A stretch of 64,000 nucleotides of DNA from Candidatus Rehaiarchaeum fermentans (GCA_025920435.1 JAPDLT010000001.1:1539-65538); one strand, 5' to 3'. Shown: positions 29,295-38,875, counted from the first letter of the stretch. Notes: generated by a model not told the origin, from the letters alone. A program made the numbers and translations.

Positions 29295-29608
29295 ATGCTA
29301 AGCGTAAAGGATATTTAGTAGAGAGAAAAATCAGAAAACTTTTTGAAAAAAATAAATATTTAGTAATAAGAGCGGGGGCAAGTTTAGGTGTCGCTGATTT
29401 AGTATGCATTAAAGATGGAAAACTTATATTCGTTCAAGTTAAATCTACGAAAAAGGAAAAATATTACTATTATGGATATATGAAACCAAAATTGGCAGGC
29501 TTTGATTTCTATGTTATTGTTGATTTTGGGAAAGGTAATATAGTTATAACTAAACCTAAAAGAATTATAACTAAAAAAGAGAAGAAATTAGAAGAATTTT
29601 TTAATTAA
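29291..29608 (+). CDS. hjc: Holliday junction resolvase Hjc
   Basis: KG...ER, RAGASLG.ADL, QVKST. Confidence 0.85.
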   Translation: MNAKRKGYLVERKIRKLFEKNKYLVIRAGASLGVADLVCIKDGKLIFVQVKSTKKEKYYYYGYMKPKLAGFDFYVIVDFGKGNIVITKPKRIITKKEKKLEEFFN

Positions 29609-29701
29609 TAGTTTACGATAGTTTCCAGCAATTTTTTAAATTATTACAAAAGGAAACTAAATTAAGCCACTAGTCTTCTTTTTTATTTTATTTTTAGATT
29701 T

Positions 29702-29845
29702 TTACAAAAATCGAGCAATTATTTCTGCAATTATGAATATTATGGATATTATTATGAGCACTTTTGGTGGGATTTTTCTTTTGCTTTTGTATTCAGAATA
29801 GTACTGAGAAATACCCCCCATCGGTATAGAAACTTGAGCCTTCAT
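29702..29845 (-). CDS. Preprotein translocase subunit Sec61-beta (not in the ORF track)
   Basis: MKAQVSIPMGGISQYYSEYKSKRKIPPKVLIIISIIFIIAEIIARFL: GG..YY.E...I.P plus one C-terminal TM helix. Confidence 0.85.
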   Translation of the reverse strand: MKAQVSIPMGGISQYYSEYKSKRKIPPKVLIIISIIFIIAEIIARFL

Positions 29846-29858
29846 AATTGATATTTAT

Positions 29859-30377
29859 CTAAAGAAAAGTATTTATATGTACTACTGATCCAGTTTCGGG
29901 AGTAAGTTTTACATTTTTCACCGTATTTTCTTTAGAATATCCAATTGGTATTACGGCATGTATTTTATAGTTTGCAGGAATTGAAAGTAATTCTCTTAAA
30001 TTTTCAGTAGCATGATAAAGAAGGGCAGTTGAAAGATTTTTTTCTTCAGCAGCTAAAGAGATTATAGAAGAGGCCATTGTAGCATCTATTTCTCCATATT
30101 TTTCTGCTTCTTCTCCAAATTCCGACTTTAATAAAGCTATGTTGTATAATACTATTATTAAATAAGGAGCCGAATCTATATTAGGAGTGGCTATTTTTTC
30201 AGCACATCTTTTTTTAGTTTCAACGTTATCGATTATTAAAAATTCAATATCTGGATTCGCAGAAATACGAGGAGCTCTTACCGCACAATCCATTATATAA
30301 TACATGTCTTCATCTTTAGGGGTAGTATCTTTAAAGCTAAATGAAGTAATTCTTTTTTCTAACAAATCCTTTATCAT
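29859..30377 (-). CDS. Nitroreductase family protein
   Basis: R...SF, A.RAP...N, LAAEEKNL, IPIGY. Confidence 0.8.
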   Translation of the reverse strand: MIKDLLEKRITSFSFKDTTPKDEDMYYIMDCAVRAPRISANPDIEFLIIDNVETKKRCAEKIATPNIDSAPYLIIVLYNIALLKSEFGEEAEKYGEIDATMASSIISLAAEEKNLSTALLYHATENLRELLSIPANYKIHAVIPIGYSKENTVKNVKLTPETGSVVHINTFL

Positions 30378-30386
30378 TTTATTGTT

Positions 30387-30581
30387 TTAATAAAATTTTT
30401 CTAAGAGTTCTGCATTAGTTAATTTTACCTTTCCACCCGTTGGTTCTGCTATAATTTCTTTGCAATTCAAACAATATAGCTTGTGAGATGCTCTTTCAAA
30501 TATAACTTGCTCTTTTCCACATTTCTTACATTTTACTTTTATAAATTTACTTTCAAGCGATTTAAAAATTATCTCTTCCAT
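30387..30581 (-). CDS. rps27e: 30S ribosomal protein S27e
   Basis: SKFIKVKCKKC...CLNC..AEPTGGK. Confidence 0.95.
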   Translation of the reverse strand: MEEIIFKSLESKFIKVKCKKCGKEQVIFERASHKLYCLNCKEIIAEPTGGKVKLTNAELLEKFY

Positions 30582-30582
30582 A

Positions 30583-30879
30583 TTACTTTGCTATTATTTC
30601 TACCTTCTTAGCTTTCTTACCTCTTCTTTGAACTTGAGCTTTTTTACAAACTGTACACCTATAAATCACATTATATCTTTTAACATTTTTTACTTTTCTT
30701 TTAGCATGTTCAAACATAGGATAAGGTGTACTTCCATATCCGTGTTCTATGTTCCAAAGCTTTCTTCTACTTCCCGCAGTTAATTTTCCTCTTTTTCCGG
30801 GCTTAACAATTATTACTTCGTGGATAGTGTGCTTTTTACAATATTTGCAATACATTCGCCTTTTACTAGGTAATTTCAT
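30583..30879 (-). CDS. rpl44e: 50S ribosomal protein L44e
   Basis: YCKYCKKHT.H, GYG, RCTVC; upstream of S27e as usual. Confidence 0.93.
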   Translation of the reverse strand: MKLPSKRRMYCKYCKKHTIHEVIIVKPGKRGKLTAGSRRKLWNIEHGYGSTPYPMFEHAKRKVKNVKRYNVIYRCTVCKKAQVQRRGKKAKKVEIIAK

Positions 30880-30904
30880 ATTAGTATTTTAAACATTATA
30901 TTAA

Positions 30905-30973
30905 AATATTTAATTTAAATCTAAAAATGTGAAATTATTAGAATATTTAATTTAAATCTAAAAATATGAAATT
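30905..30973. repeat. Near-perfect 32-bp direct repeat (period 37 nt) in the rpl44e/mug divergent intergenic region
   Basis: AATATTTAATTTAAATCTAAAAAT(G/A)TGAAATT at 30905-30936 and 30942-30973. Confidence 0.9.
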
Positions 30974-31490
30974 TATCCCTCTTAAATCAATTACTAATAA
31001 TCCCAAAATCTTATTTGTAGGGATTAATCCACATCCAGGGTCATATAAAAGAAAGATTCCTTTTTCAAACAACAAAAAGTTTTGGTATTTGCTAAATGAA
31101 GCGGGAATAATAAACTATGATAAAAAGTCTTTAAAAGATGATAGATTTTTAAGTAAGGTCTTTCATTCCTTTAAACTTTTAAATTTATCCTTTATTAATC
31201 TAGTAGATAGACCAACTGTCTCTACAAATTATTTAAATCAGAAAGAGATAGAGTTAGGTAGGAGAAGGTTGCTTAGAATTATAAAGAAAATAAATCCTTT
31301 AATCATTTGTTTTATTGGCAAGATAACTTATCGTTGTTTTTCCGGAAAAAGTAAATTTTCATATGGTTGGAACGGCTACATCTTTAATTCAAAAGTTTAT
31401 GTAATGCACTTTCCTATAAGGGGCCCCAGCGAAATAAGGATAAAAGAGTTAAAGGAGATAAATAAATATTTAAAGAAAGAGGAAGTATAA
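30966..31490 (+). CDS. Mismatch-specific uracil-DNA glycosylase (MUG/TDG family)
   Basis: ILFVGINP, N.FW..L..AG, NLV.RPT. Confidence 0.85.
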   Translation: MKFIPLKSITNNPKILFVGINPHPGSYKRKIPFSNNKKFWYLLNEAGIINYDKKSLKDDRFLSKVFHSFKLLNLSFINLVDRPTVSTNYLNQKEIELGRRRLLRIIKKINPLIICFIGKITYRCFSGKSKFSYGWNGYIFNSKVYVMHFPIRGPSEIRIKELKEINKYLKKEEV

Positions 31491-31494
31491 AATT

Positions 31495-31887
31495 ATGATT
31501 GTAGGTTACGTGGTTACAAAAATAGATGCTTCAAGAGATATAAAAATAAAAGTAGATGGGCCTACTACTATTTCTCAGAAATATGATATAAAATCGATAG
31601 AAAAAGAGGAAGAATTACTAGTTTTCAATTTTAGCGTATCTACTACATATTCCGTAAATAATAAGGAATATGCTTACGTAAATTTAGAAAGTCACATCTT
31701 TTACAAAGGAGATGATGTTGATAAGGTGTATGATGAGTGGAATAAATCAAGACAACTAAATCCTAAAGTTTCTTACGAAATAATTGAGTTTGGGTTGAAC
31801 CAAAGTTTATTCGAAACAATGTATTTATCAAGATCAATGCAATTGCCTCCTCTGCAGCTTGTAAGAGTGGAAAAGAAAGAACAATAA
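31495..31887 (+). CDS. Conserved-looking archaeal hypothetical protein
   Basis: 130 aa beta-rich protein ending in a LPP motif; function not recognised. Confidence 0.65.
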   Translation: MIVGYVVTKIDASRDIKIKVDGPTTISQKYDIKSIEKEEELLVFNFSVSTTYSVNNKEYAYVNLESHIFYKGDDVDKVYDEWNKSRQLNPKVSYEIIEFGLNQSLFETMYLSRSMQLPPLQLVRVEKKEQ

Positions 31888-32001
31888 AAATTAATAAAAA
31901 TTACTAATTGAGCGCTATTAATTTATTCTACTTTCTAACTTAAAAACATTTTTTAATTTAATTTATTTTTGATTTAAATTTTCTTCTTATTTACCACTCA
32001 A

Positions 32002-33900
32002 ATGCAGACCACATTGGATGCATTTTTAAGCATAAATAATGATAAACCTGATTTAGAGGGCATTTTAGATAAGTTTTTTGAGGGGTCTGAATTTTCAGCA
32101 ATCTTTTTCAGCAATCCTTTAATAGGTTCCAGAATATCTCTGCCTTTCTCTTACTATAATAATCTTTTCGAATCAATAAAGCAATTTGGTAAAATAAATG
32201 TAGTTATTTTTTCAGGAATAATTCCATTTTTTCCGTTCAACTTTAGGGGATTTTCTAAACATTATGTTGATCTACTCGAAAGAGATGTTCGTAAAAAATT
32301 ACCTAATGAGTTAGCAGAAAGTTACGTTTCTTATAAAGGTTATCAGTTTGTTAACAAATTAGAAGATGCAGTTTACTTAGCAAGACTTTATTTTAACAAT
32401 ATTCCTGCTAAAGAAGTTGTTTTCACATATTCTCCTGAAGACTATTCAACAGTTAATGGGCTTATAAATCATATATTAAGTAACAATAAGAATAAGCATT
32501 ATCCATTCAGCGCAACTTTGGATAGATTGAAAAACGCTAAGAAAAGTGGAGCTATTCAAAGGGCTAATTATGAGTATCAAAATCTTGTTTTTTCTAATAT
32601 TTTTAGTGGAAGATATAGTGTAGTAAAGCACATTAACGCTAAATTAAATTTAAACTCAATTCCATTTAATTTATATTTCTCCGTTTCACAGAATCGCACT
32701 TTTAATTATCCTCCTTCTTATCAAAAATATCCTTTAAAGCAGGCTATAGAAATTGTTAAGAATGAAGGAGAAGAAGGAAATTATGTATTTTTCAATTCTG
32801 GTTACTTTTCCTCTACTGTTTTATTTCCTAATAAAATAATAATTTTGCCTCCTTACGCATTTGATTTGAATGAGCTAAGAAACGCTAGAAGTAGAGGTAA
32901 TAAATCTGTTTATGCCATGCTAGGAAATAGATTTTTAGTTGATAGCGGTGTCTTACTTTTTTCTATTGATAAAAATAACAATCCTAAATTACTTCATATT
33001 CCTTCATACGCACTTTCTAATAAAGATAAAATTAATTCGCCATTTGAGTCTTTTGGTTTGATAAGTGATATACATATAGGTTCTCAAACTCCTCCTTCCG
33101 AAACATCTTTAGAAGATGCATTATTATTAGTAGTTAGAGCGTTTAACGAAGAAAGTAGTAAAAGACCATTCACTTCTATTATTTTATTAGGCGATGTGAT
33201 ACACGGTATGCACGATAAACCATATACTCTTATACCTATAGCAGAAAAGGATGAAATTAAGGAGGAAGCTTCAAAATTAAGTAATTTAAGTGAAAAAGCG
33301 AAATTTTATGAAAGAGCACTTAATGGTTATCCTATTTTTAGTTTAGATAAGCAAATTAAAACAGCCATAAAATACATTTATTATTTGTTGGAAAATACTA
33401 GAACGAACGGACCTTACAATTTAATTGTAGTTCCAGGGAATCATTATGCTAATGCACTTAATAAGGCAGGTAATGAAGCTACTGTTATAGAATCTATAAA
33501 ATATTCTGGGAAATACAAAGTTTTAGGTTTAGATGATTACAATGATTCTATAGTACTTGAAAACGGGACTAAACTTATTTTACTTCATACTACTGGTTAC
33601 AGAGGAGGAGTCGATGCAGCTACTGCGCCTTTACTTTATTTACGTAATACAGGTCAAAATGGGGTAATTTTAACTGGTGATTCACACGAATATGGTTTTA
33701 GTGCAGCCGTCTTTGGAGGAAAGCAATCTTATTCTGTTAAAGTTTCAGCCCTTCAATATTACACGCCTTTCGAAAAACACATAATTGCTAAAACGCCTAC
33801 TGTAAGAGGAGCAGCAATTGTATATATCTCAGAAAACAATTCCGTTCTATTAAAACTATTACTTTTAGATAATCTAGTTAAAACTTATTCTCAGTCCTAA
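32002..33900 (+). CDS. Large metallophosphoesterase-domain protein with N-terminal PIP-box-like motif
   Basis: QTTLDAFL at residues 2-9; C-terminal SDIHIGS, LGDVIHG, PGNH, LLH, GDSH motifs. Confidence 0.75.
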   Translation: MQTTLDAFLSINNDKPDLEGILDKFFEGSEFSAIFFSNPLIGSRISLPFSYYNNLFESIKQFGKINVVIFSGIIPFFPFNFRGFSKHYVDLLERDVRKKLPNELAESYVSYKGYQFVNKLEDAVYLARLYFNNIPAKEVVFTYSPEDYSTVNGLINHILSNNKNKHYPFSATLDRLKNAKKSGAIQRANYEYQNLVFSNIFSGRYSVVKHINAKLNLNSIPFNLYFSVSQNRTFNYPPSYQKYPLKQAIEIVKNEGEEGNYVFFNSGYFSSTVLFPNKIIILPPYAFDLNELRNARSRGNKSVYAMLGNRFLVDSGVLLFSIDKNNNPKLLHIPSYALSNKDKINSPFESFGLISDIHIGSQTPPSETSLEDALLLVVRAFNEESSKRPFTSIILLGDVIHGMHDKPYTLIPIAEKDEIKEEASKLSNLSEKAKFYERALNGYPIFSLDKQIKTAIKYIYYLLENTRTNGPYNLIVVPGNHYANALNKAGNEATVIESIKYSGKYKVLGLDDYNDSIVLENGTKLILLHTTGYRGGVDAATAPLLYLRNTGQNGVILTGDSHEYGFSAAVFGGKQSYSVKVSALQYYTPFEKHIIAKTPTVRGAAIVYISENNSVLLKLLLLDNLVKTYSQS

Positions 33901-33955
33901 ATATTAGTAAAAATTATTAACATTGAATTTATTTATAAGATATAGTAAAATATAC

Positions 33956-35353
33956 ATGAAAACTGCAGCTATTTTAGTAGGGATAGTGATTATGCTAGCT
34001 TTAATAAGTTCTGCTAAAGCACTAGAAATATCTCCCTCTTCTATTAACCTTACTGCTAACTCTTTAAATATTGTAAACCTCCGACTTATAAATAATAATA
34101 ATTTTTCATTGACTGTAGTGCCTTTATTTTACAAAACTCAGATAGAGTATCCATTTTTCAAAAACATTCAATCTAACTTTACTAAATTAATTATTCCACC
34201 ATTTTCTGATAAAACAATTGAATTAAGTATATTTACTTCTAATTACTACATTACAGTTCCTAATTTTTTAGTTAATTTTTCTTTTTATGTAAATAATGTA
34301 TCTTATAACTTGCCTCTAAGCGTTTCTATATACCCACCTGTAACAGGAAAAATAGTATTATCTAACCTTAGTTTTCCTCGTTCGGTCTTTATTTATAATA
34401 ATTATACGCTCTTTCTACAAGTTATAAATTACTACAGTTCTTCGAATGTAATTTTTCCAGTTAATGTTTTTTTAATTAGAAATAATAGTATAATAAATAA
34501 GTATGTTTTCAATTTAAAAACTTATTCAGAAGGTACTAATTCTTTCAATTTAACTTTACCAATAAATGAACTTTATTTCGGAAATTATTCTCTTTTGATT
34601 AATAGTTCTTTTGCTCAAGGCACTCTTACTTCTTCTTTCTATGTGAATAAATTATCAAACTTAGTTTCTTCTAAGCATTTTAACATGAATTTATTTGGTG
34701 GAAACTTTACTGAAGTTTTGCAAAATTTAGGTAATTATCCGGTTCAAATAAGTAAAAATAATTTATCTGAAGGAGATCTTTACTTATTTTCTTCTAACAT
34801 TTATGTAATAACGAAGTATGGCCCAATACCTCTTCAATCCAATTTTACTATTTATCCTGGAGAAAGGGTTATTGTAGGTTTTACATTCAATTTTATAATA
34901 CTTTATCTTATCATAATTTTAGCCATTGCTGAGCTTATATTGTTTTTATTGTTTTCTAGAAAGGCATTAGTAAAGAAAGAACTTTCATCGTATAAGTTTT
35001 ACAGTGGCAATTTAGAAGGTAAAATAATAATCAAAGTAAAAAATATTTCAAATAAAGAAATGAGAGATATAAAGCTATATGACTACTTACCGAGAAACAC
35101 AGAAGTTGAAAGTATTGGTATTAGTGAATTTCAGAAAGTTGTAGGTAAAAACACGGTAACTTTGAAATGGAATTTAGGTTCTTTAGCGCCTGGAGAAGAA
35201 GTTATAGTTGAATATTCGTTCAAAACAAGAGTAGTAGGTGTATATGGCTCCTTAACTTTAGATAAGGCTAAATTAGAGTATATATTAGAAGGAAAAGAAA
35301 ATAAAAAATTCTATAAATATTCGAACGATCTAGTTTTATCTATTTCAGAATAG
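33956..35353 (+). CDS. Secreted/surface Ig-like protein with internal TM helix and C-terminal DUF11-like domain
   Basis: Signal peptide (SAKA), N-rich beta repeats, TM helix, then VKN....I.LYDYLP..LKW.LG.L.PGEE. Confidence 0.7.
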   Translation: MKTAAILVGIVIMLALISSAKALEISPSSINLTANSLNIVNLRLINNNNFSLTVVPLFYKTQIEYPFFKNIQSNFTKLIIPPFSDKTIELSIFTSNYYITVPNFLVNFSFYVNNVSYNLPLSVSIYPPVTGKIVLSNLSFPRSVFIYNNYTLFLQVINYYSSSNVIFPVNVFLIRNNSIINKYVFNLKTYSEGTNSFNLTLPINELYFGNYSLLINSSFAQGTLTSSFYVNKLSNLVSSKHFNMNLFGGNFTEVLQNLGNYPVQISKNNLSEGDLYLFSSNIYVITKYGPIPLQSNFTIYPGERVIVGFTFNFIILYLIIILAIAELILFLLFSRKALVKKELSSYKFYSGNLEGKIIIKVKNISNKEMRDIKLYDYLPRNTEVESIGISEFQKVVGKNTVTLKWNLGSLAPGEEVIVEYSFKTRVVGVYGSLTLDKAKLEYILEGKENKKFYKYSNDLVLSISE

Positions 35354-35356
35354 GTA

Positions 35357-35429
35357 GCCTCAGTAGTCTAGCGGTCTAGGACCCTTGCCTGTCACGCGAG
35401 GAACCCGGGTTCGAATCCCGGCTGAGGCG
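35357..35429 (+). tRNA. tRNA-Asp(GTC)
   Basis: GCCTCAG/CTGAGGC acceptor, G73, CTTGC-CTGTCAC-GCGAG. Confidence 0.97.
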
Positions 35430-35461
35430 CTTTTATAAAGTTTGAAATATATATACCAAAA

Positions 35462-36181
35462 ATGATAGATATTCATTCTCATATTCCTGATGAAAAGATA
35501 ATAACAATTTTAGCTACAGAAAAACCAGACGAATGGTTAAAAGCATTTTCTTTTCTTCCTAATAATCTTCCTGCAATAGGATTACATCCTAATTTTCTTT
35601 CTTCTTTAGAAAATGTTGATGATTATATTTTCAATTTTGAAAGAGAAGTAGATAAATTTTTTGCTATATCTGAAGTAGGCTTGGATTTTAAATCGAAAAA
35701 TGATAATCAAATTCAGTTACAAATAAAAATACTTACTAAAATTATGGAAATTGCGGAAAAGCATAACAAGGTGATTATTGTACATAATAGAAAAAGCATC
35801 GAAAAATTTTTGGAGTTAAGATCTAGTTTTAAAGTACGCACTATTTATCATAATTATGAAGGAAATCTCTCTCAACTGAATAAAATAATTGAAAGTGGAG
35901 ATTTTATCAGTATATCTACTAGTTATTTGCGTTTTAAGAAGGATAACATTATAAAAAAAGTGCCTTTGGAGAACTTATTTTTTGAAACTGATTCGCCTGC
36001 TCTTTCTCCATTTGATTCTCCTAATAAACCAGAAAATGTAAGATTAATAGTGGAATACTTTTCCAAATTAAGAAATATAAGTATAGAATATTTAGAAAAT
36101 CAAATAAGATCTAATTTTGTTGATCTTTTTTCAAAAACTTCTTCAGCTTATTTTCTTCACAATCTGGATTTATACAAGTAG
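35462..36181 (+). CDS. tatD: TatD family hydrolase
   Basis: DIHSH, GLHP, SEVGLD, VHNR, ETDSP. Confidence 0.92.
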   Translation: MIDIHSHIPDEKIITILATEKPDEWLKAFSFLPNNLPAIGLHPNFLSSLENVDDYIFNFEREVDKFFAISEVGLDFKSKNDNQIQLQIKILTKIMEIAEKHNKVIIVHNRKSIEKFLELRSSFKVRTIYHNYEGNLSQLNKIIESGDFISISTSYLRFKKDNIIKKVPLENLFFETDSPALSPFDSPNKPENVRLIVEYFSKLRNISIEYLENQIRSNFVDLFSKTSSAYFLHNLDLYK

Positions 36182-38111
36182 TTAATGGCTTTTTGAAGTA
36201 TATTTTTACTAAATGCCAGTCGCATTTGGGACATTTTTGAGGAAGAGGTTGTATTTTTCTTTGGGTAATTGGCAATGAAAAATTACATTTAGGATAATTA
36301 CTGCACCCCAAAAATTGCTTTTTAGTTTTTAAAGATCTTATTAATACAAGATTTGAATTACATTTAGGACACTTTCCAATAATGTATTGAGCTTTTATTG
36401 CTTCTTTCACTTCCTTATTTATTTCATTTTTAAATTTAATCATCGTTTCAACTAGTTTTTTTACCTGTTCTCTTGCCTCTAAAACTACTTTTTCTTTTTC
36501 TTTTTTAGAATTAGCGATATCTTCTATTTCTTTTTCTAAATTTGCAGTTAATTCTGGAGAAGTTAGTAGAGGGGTATGATTATCTAGCAAAGATATTATT
36601 TTTCTTCCTAATTCACTTGCAAACAAAGTACTTCCTTTAGAAAGATATCCTCTTTCAAATAATTTTTTTATTATTTCAGCTCTAGTTGACTTTGTTCCTA
36701 ATCCGAGTTCTTCCATCTTTTTTATAGTCTTTGCTTGAGTATATCTTGGCGGAGGAGAAGTCTCTTTTTCTTCTATTATTAATTTTCCTTCTAATTCGTT
36801 TTTACTGATTTCAGGTAAGATTATTTCATTTTCTTTTACAGGATAAATCTCTTTCCATCCTTTATATATAATTTTTTTACCAGTTGCATAAAATTTATGT
36901 CCATTTATTTCTCCAGTTATTTTTGTTAATATTTCTTTTTCTGGTTTTGATAATGTTGCTAAAAATCTTCTTGCAATTAAATTAAATATTTTTATTTCCT
37001 GTTTATCCACGTCTGTAGGTATTTTTATTGGATATATAGGAGGGTGATCTAAAGCCTCTTTTCCTTTAGTAGGCTTTATGTTGTTCTTATCTATTTCTTT
37101 TTCTATATATTTTTTATAGCTTTCTTCCTTAGAAAGTTCCTCTAATATTTCTTTAAAATTTAGAGTAGGTGGATAAGTTTGATTATCTGTTCTTGGATAA
37201 GATATGTATCCTCTCATATACAAATCTTCTGCAATTCTCATCGCGTTCGGTATGCTAAAACCTATAGAAGCAGCTGCTTCTAAAAATTCAGTAGTGTTAA
37301 ATGGAACTGGAGGCGGAACTTCTTTTTCTTTTGTTTTAATCTCAATTATTTTTAGTTTGTATTCTCCTTCTTTCAAATCTATTTCATCTTTACTTTTGTA
37401 CTCTTCTTTACTACTAAATACTATGCCATTTTCAGTCTCAAACTTCATTACGTAATATTTTTCTCTTTTAAATGATTCTATTTCATTTTCTCTTTCTACA
37501 ACTAGCTTTAAAGTAGGAGTTTGAACTCTTCCTACAGATAAAAATGCATTGCCCAGCCTTCCACTAGAAACTGAAAGCAGTCTTGTTAATGTAGCTCCTA
37601 TAAGCAAATCTATTTCTCTTCTTGCATTTGCACTGTTTGCTAAGTTTTCGTTTATTTCTGTAAGATTTGAAAATGCTTCATTTAGCTCTTTCTTTGTTAA
37701 GGCAGAAAATAGAGCTCTTTTTACTTTTATTTGTGGATTTACTGCTTTTACTATTTGTGCCGCTTCTAATCCTATAGACTCCCCCTCTGAATCATAATCT
37801 GTTGCAATTATAAGAAGATCGGCGTTCTTTCCTATCTCTCTTAATTTATTGATAATTTCTTTTTCTTTTTCGTAGTATACTATTTCTGCTTTATATAAAT
37901 TTTTTATTGTTTCTTCATCCCAATTTTTAAAATCATCTCCAAAATCTACATCTACAATATGACCTTTTAATGGAAATACAATTGCTTCCTCTCCTTTGAA
38001 TTTTATTTTCCAGTACCTTATATTTCCGTCTTTAATTTCCTTTCTTTCTTCTCCTATTTCTTTAGCTATTGTTTCTGCAGCAGTCGATTTTTCAGCAACT
38101 ATTAATATCAT
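36111..38111 (-). CDS. topA: Type IA DNA topoisomerase
   Basis: IVAEK, ATDYDSEGE, GRVQTPTL, ISYPRTD catalytic Tyr, C-terminal Zn ribbons; ATG at 38111. Confidence 0.95.
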   Translation of the reverse strand: MILIVAEKSTAAETIAKEIGEERKEIKDGNIRYWKIKFKGEEAIVFPLKGHIVDVDFGDDFKNWDEETIKNLYKAEIVYYEKEKEIINKLREIGKNADLLIIATDYDSEGESIGLEAAQIVKAVNPQIKVKRALFSALTKKELNEAFSNLTEINENLANSANARREIDLLIGATLTRLLSVSSGRLGNAFLSVGRVQTPTLKLVVERENEIESFKREKYYVMKFETENGIVFSSKEEYKSKDEIDLKEGEYKLKIIEIKTKEKEVPPPVPFNTTEFLEAAASIGFSIPNAMRIAEDLYMRGYISYPRTDNQTYPPTLNFKEILEELSKEESYKKYIEKEIDKNNIKPTKGKEALDHPPIYPIKIPTDVDKQEIKIFNLIARRFLATLSKPEKEILTKITGEINGHKFYATGKKIIYKGWKEIYPVKENEIILPEISKNELEGKLIIEEKETSPPPRYTQAKTIKKMEELGLGTKSTRAEIIKKLFERGYLSKGSTLFASELGRKIISLLDNHTPLLTSPELTANLEKEIEDIANSKKEKEKVVLEAREQVKKLVETMIKFKNEINKEVKEAIKAQYIIGKCPKCNSNLVLIRSLKTKKQFLGCSNYPKCNFSLPITQRKIQPLPQKCPKCDWHLVKIYFKKPLTTCINPDCEENKLKKFLKKDQQN

Positions 38112-38170
38112 GCTATAATTTTTAGTAAAATACAAAGCTTATATATATAATAAGTATAAAGAATAATCTT

Positions 38171-38512
38171 ATGGAAGCCGATGAAGCATTAGAAAAACAA
38201 GTTTACTCCTTTTTAGAGCGAGTAGTAAGCAAAGGCGGTAAACTTAAGCGTGGCATAAATGAAGTTACGAAGATTGTAGAGAAAGGGCAAGCTCAGTTAG
38301 TTATATTCGCTGGTGATGTAAACCCACCCGAAATAGTCAGTCATTTACCTATGCTGTGTAGAGATAAAAAGGTACCTTTGCTTAAGGTCAGTAGCAAATT
38401 ACAATTAGGAAAATCTGCAGGATTAAGTGTAGCTGCTTCTGCAGTAGCAGTTATAGATGCAAAGGACGAAGATCATACATTAAAAGAAATTATAGCCAAA
38501 ATAAAGGATTAA
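38171..38512 (+). CDS. rpl7ae: 50S ribosomal protein L7Ae
   Basis: [27 protein letters not shown]. Confidence 0.95.
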   Translation: MEADEALEKQVYSFLERVVSKGGKLKRGINEVTKIVEKGQAQLVIFAGDVNPPEIVSHLPMLCRDKKVPLLKVSSKLQLGKSAGLSVAASAVAVIDAKDEDHTLKEIIAKIKD

Positions 38513-38513
38513 G

Positions 38514-38705
38514 ATGGAAGGCTATTTAGCAGAAGTTGTTGATTTAGTTAGGAGGTTAGGTGATTCAGGAGAAATAACTCAGGTTAGATGTAAAGTATTA
38601 GAAGGCCCCGATAAAGACAGAATTATTACACGTAATGTGCTCGGGCCGGTAAGGATTGGAGATTTATTATTACTTACAGATACTGAACTAGAGGCTAAAA
38701 TATGA
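38514..38705 (+). CDS. rps28e: 30S ribosomal protein S28e
   Basis: [16 protein letters not shown]. Confidence 0.96.
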   Translation: MEGYLAEVVDLVRRLGDSGEITQVRCKVLEGPDKDRIITRNVLGPVRIGDLLLLTDTELEAKI

Positions 38706-38830
38706 AATGCGATAATTGTGGCAAAGAAATAAAGGTAGGTAGAGGAATTATGTATGTTAGAAATGATGGTACTTATTTCTCTGTATGTTCTAAGAAATGT
38801 CTGATTAAAAAATTGCGTGCTAAGAGTTGA
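38702..38830 (+). CDS. rpl24e: 50S ribosomal protein L24e (42 aa; not in the ORF track)
   Basis: [23 protein letters not shown]...CSKKC; ATGA overlap with rps28e; conserved L7Ae-S28e-L24e order. Confidence 0.93.
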   Translation: MKCDNCGKEIKVGRGIMYVRNDGTYFSVCSKKCLIKKLRAKS

Positions 38831-38875
38831 GATTTAATTTGTGTTCTTTTAAATTTTAAAAGCTTTAAATCTTTA

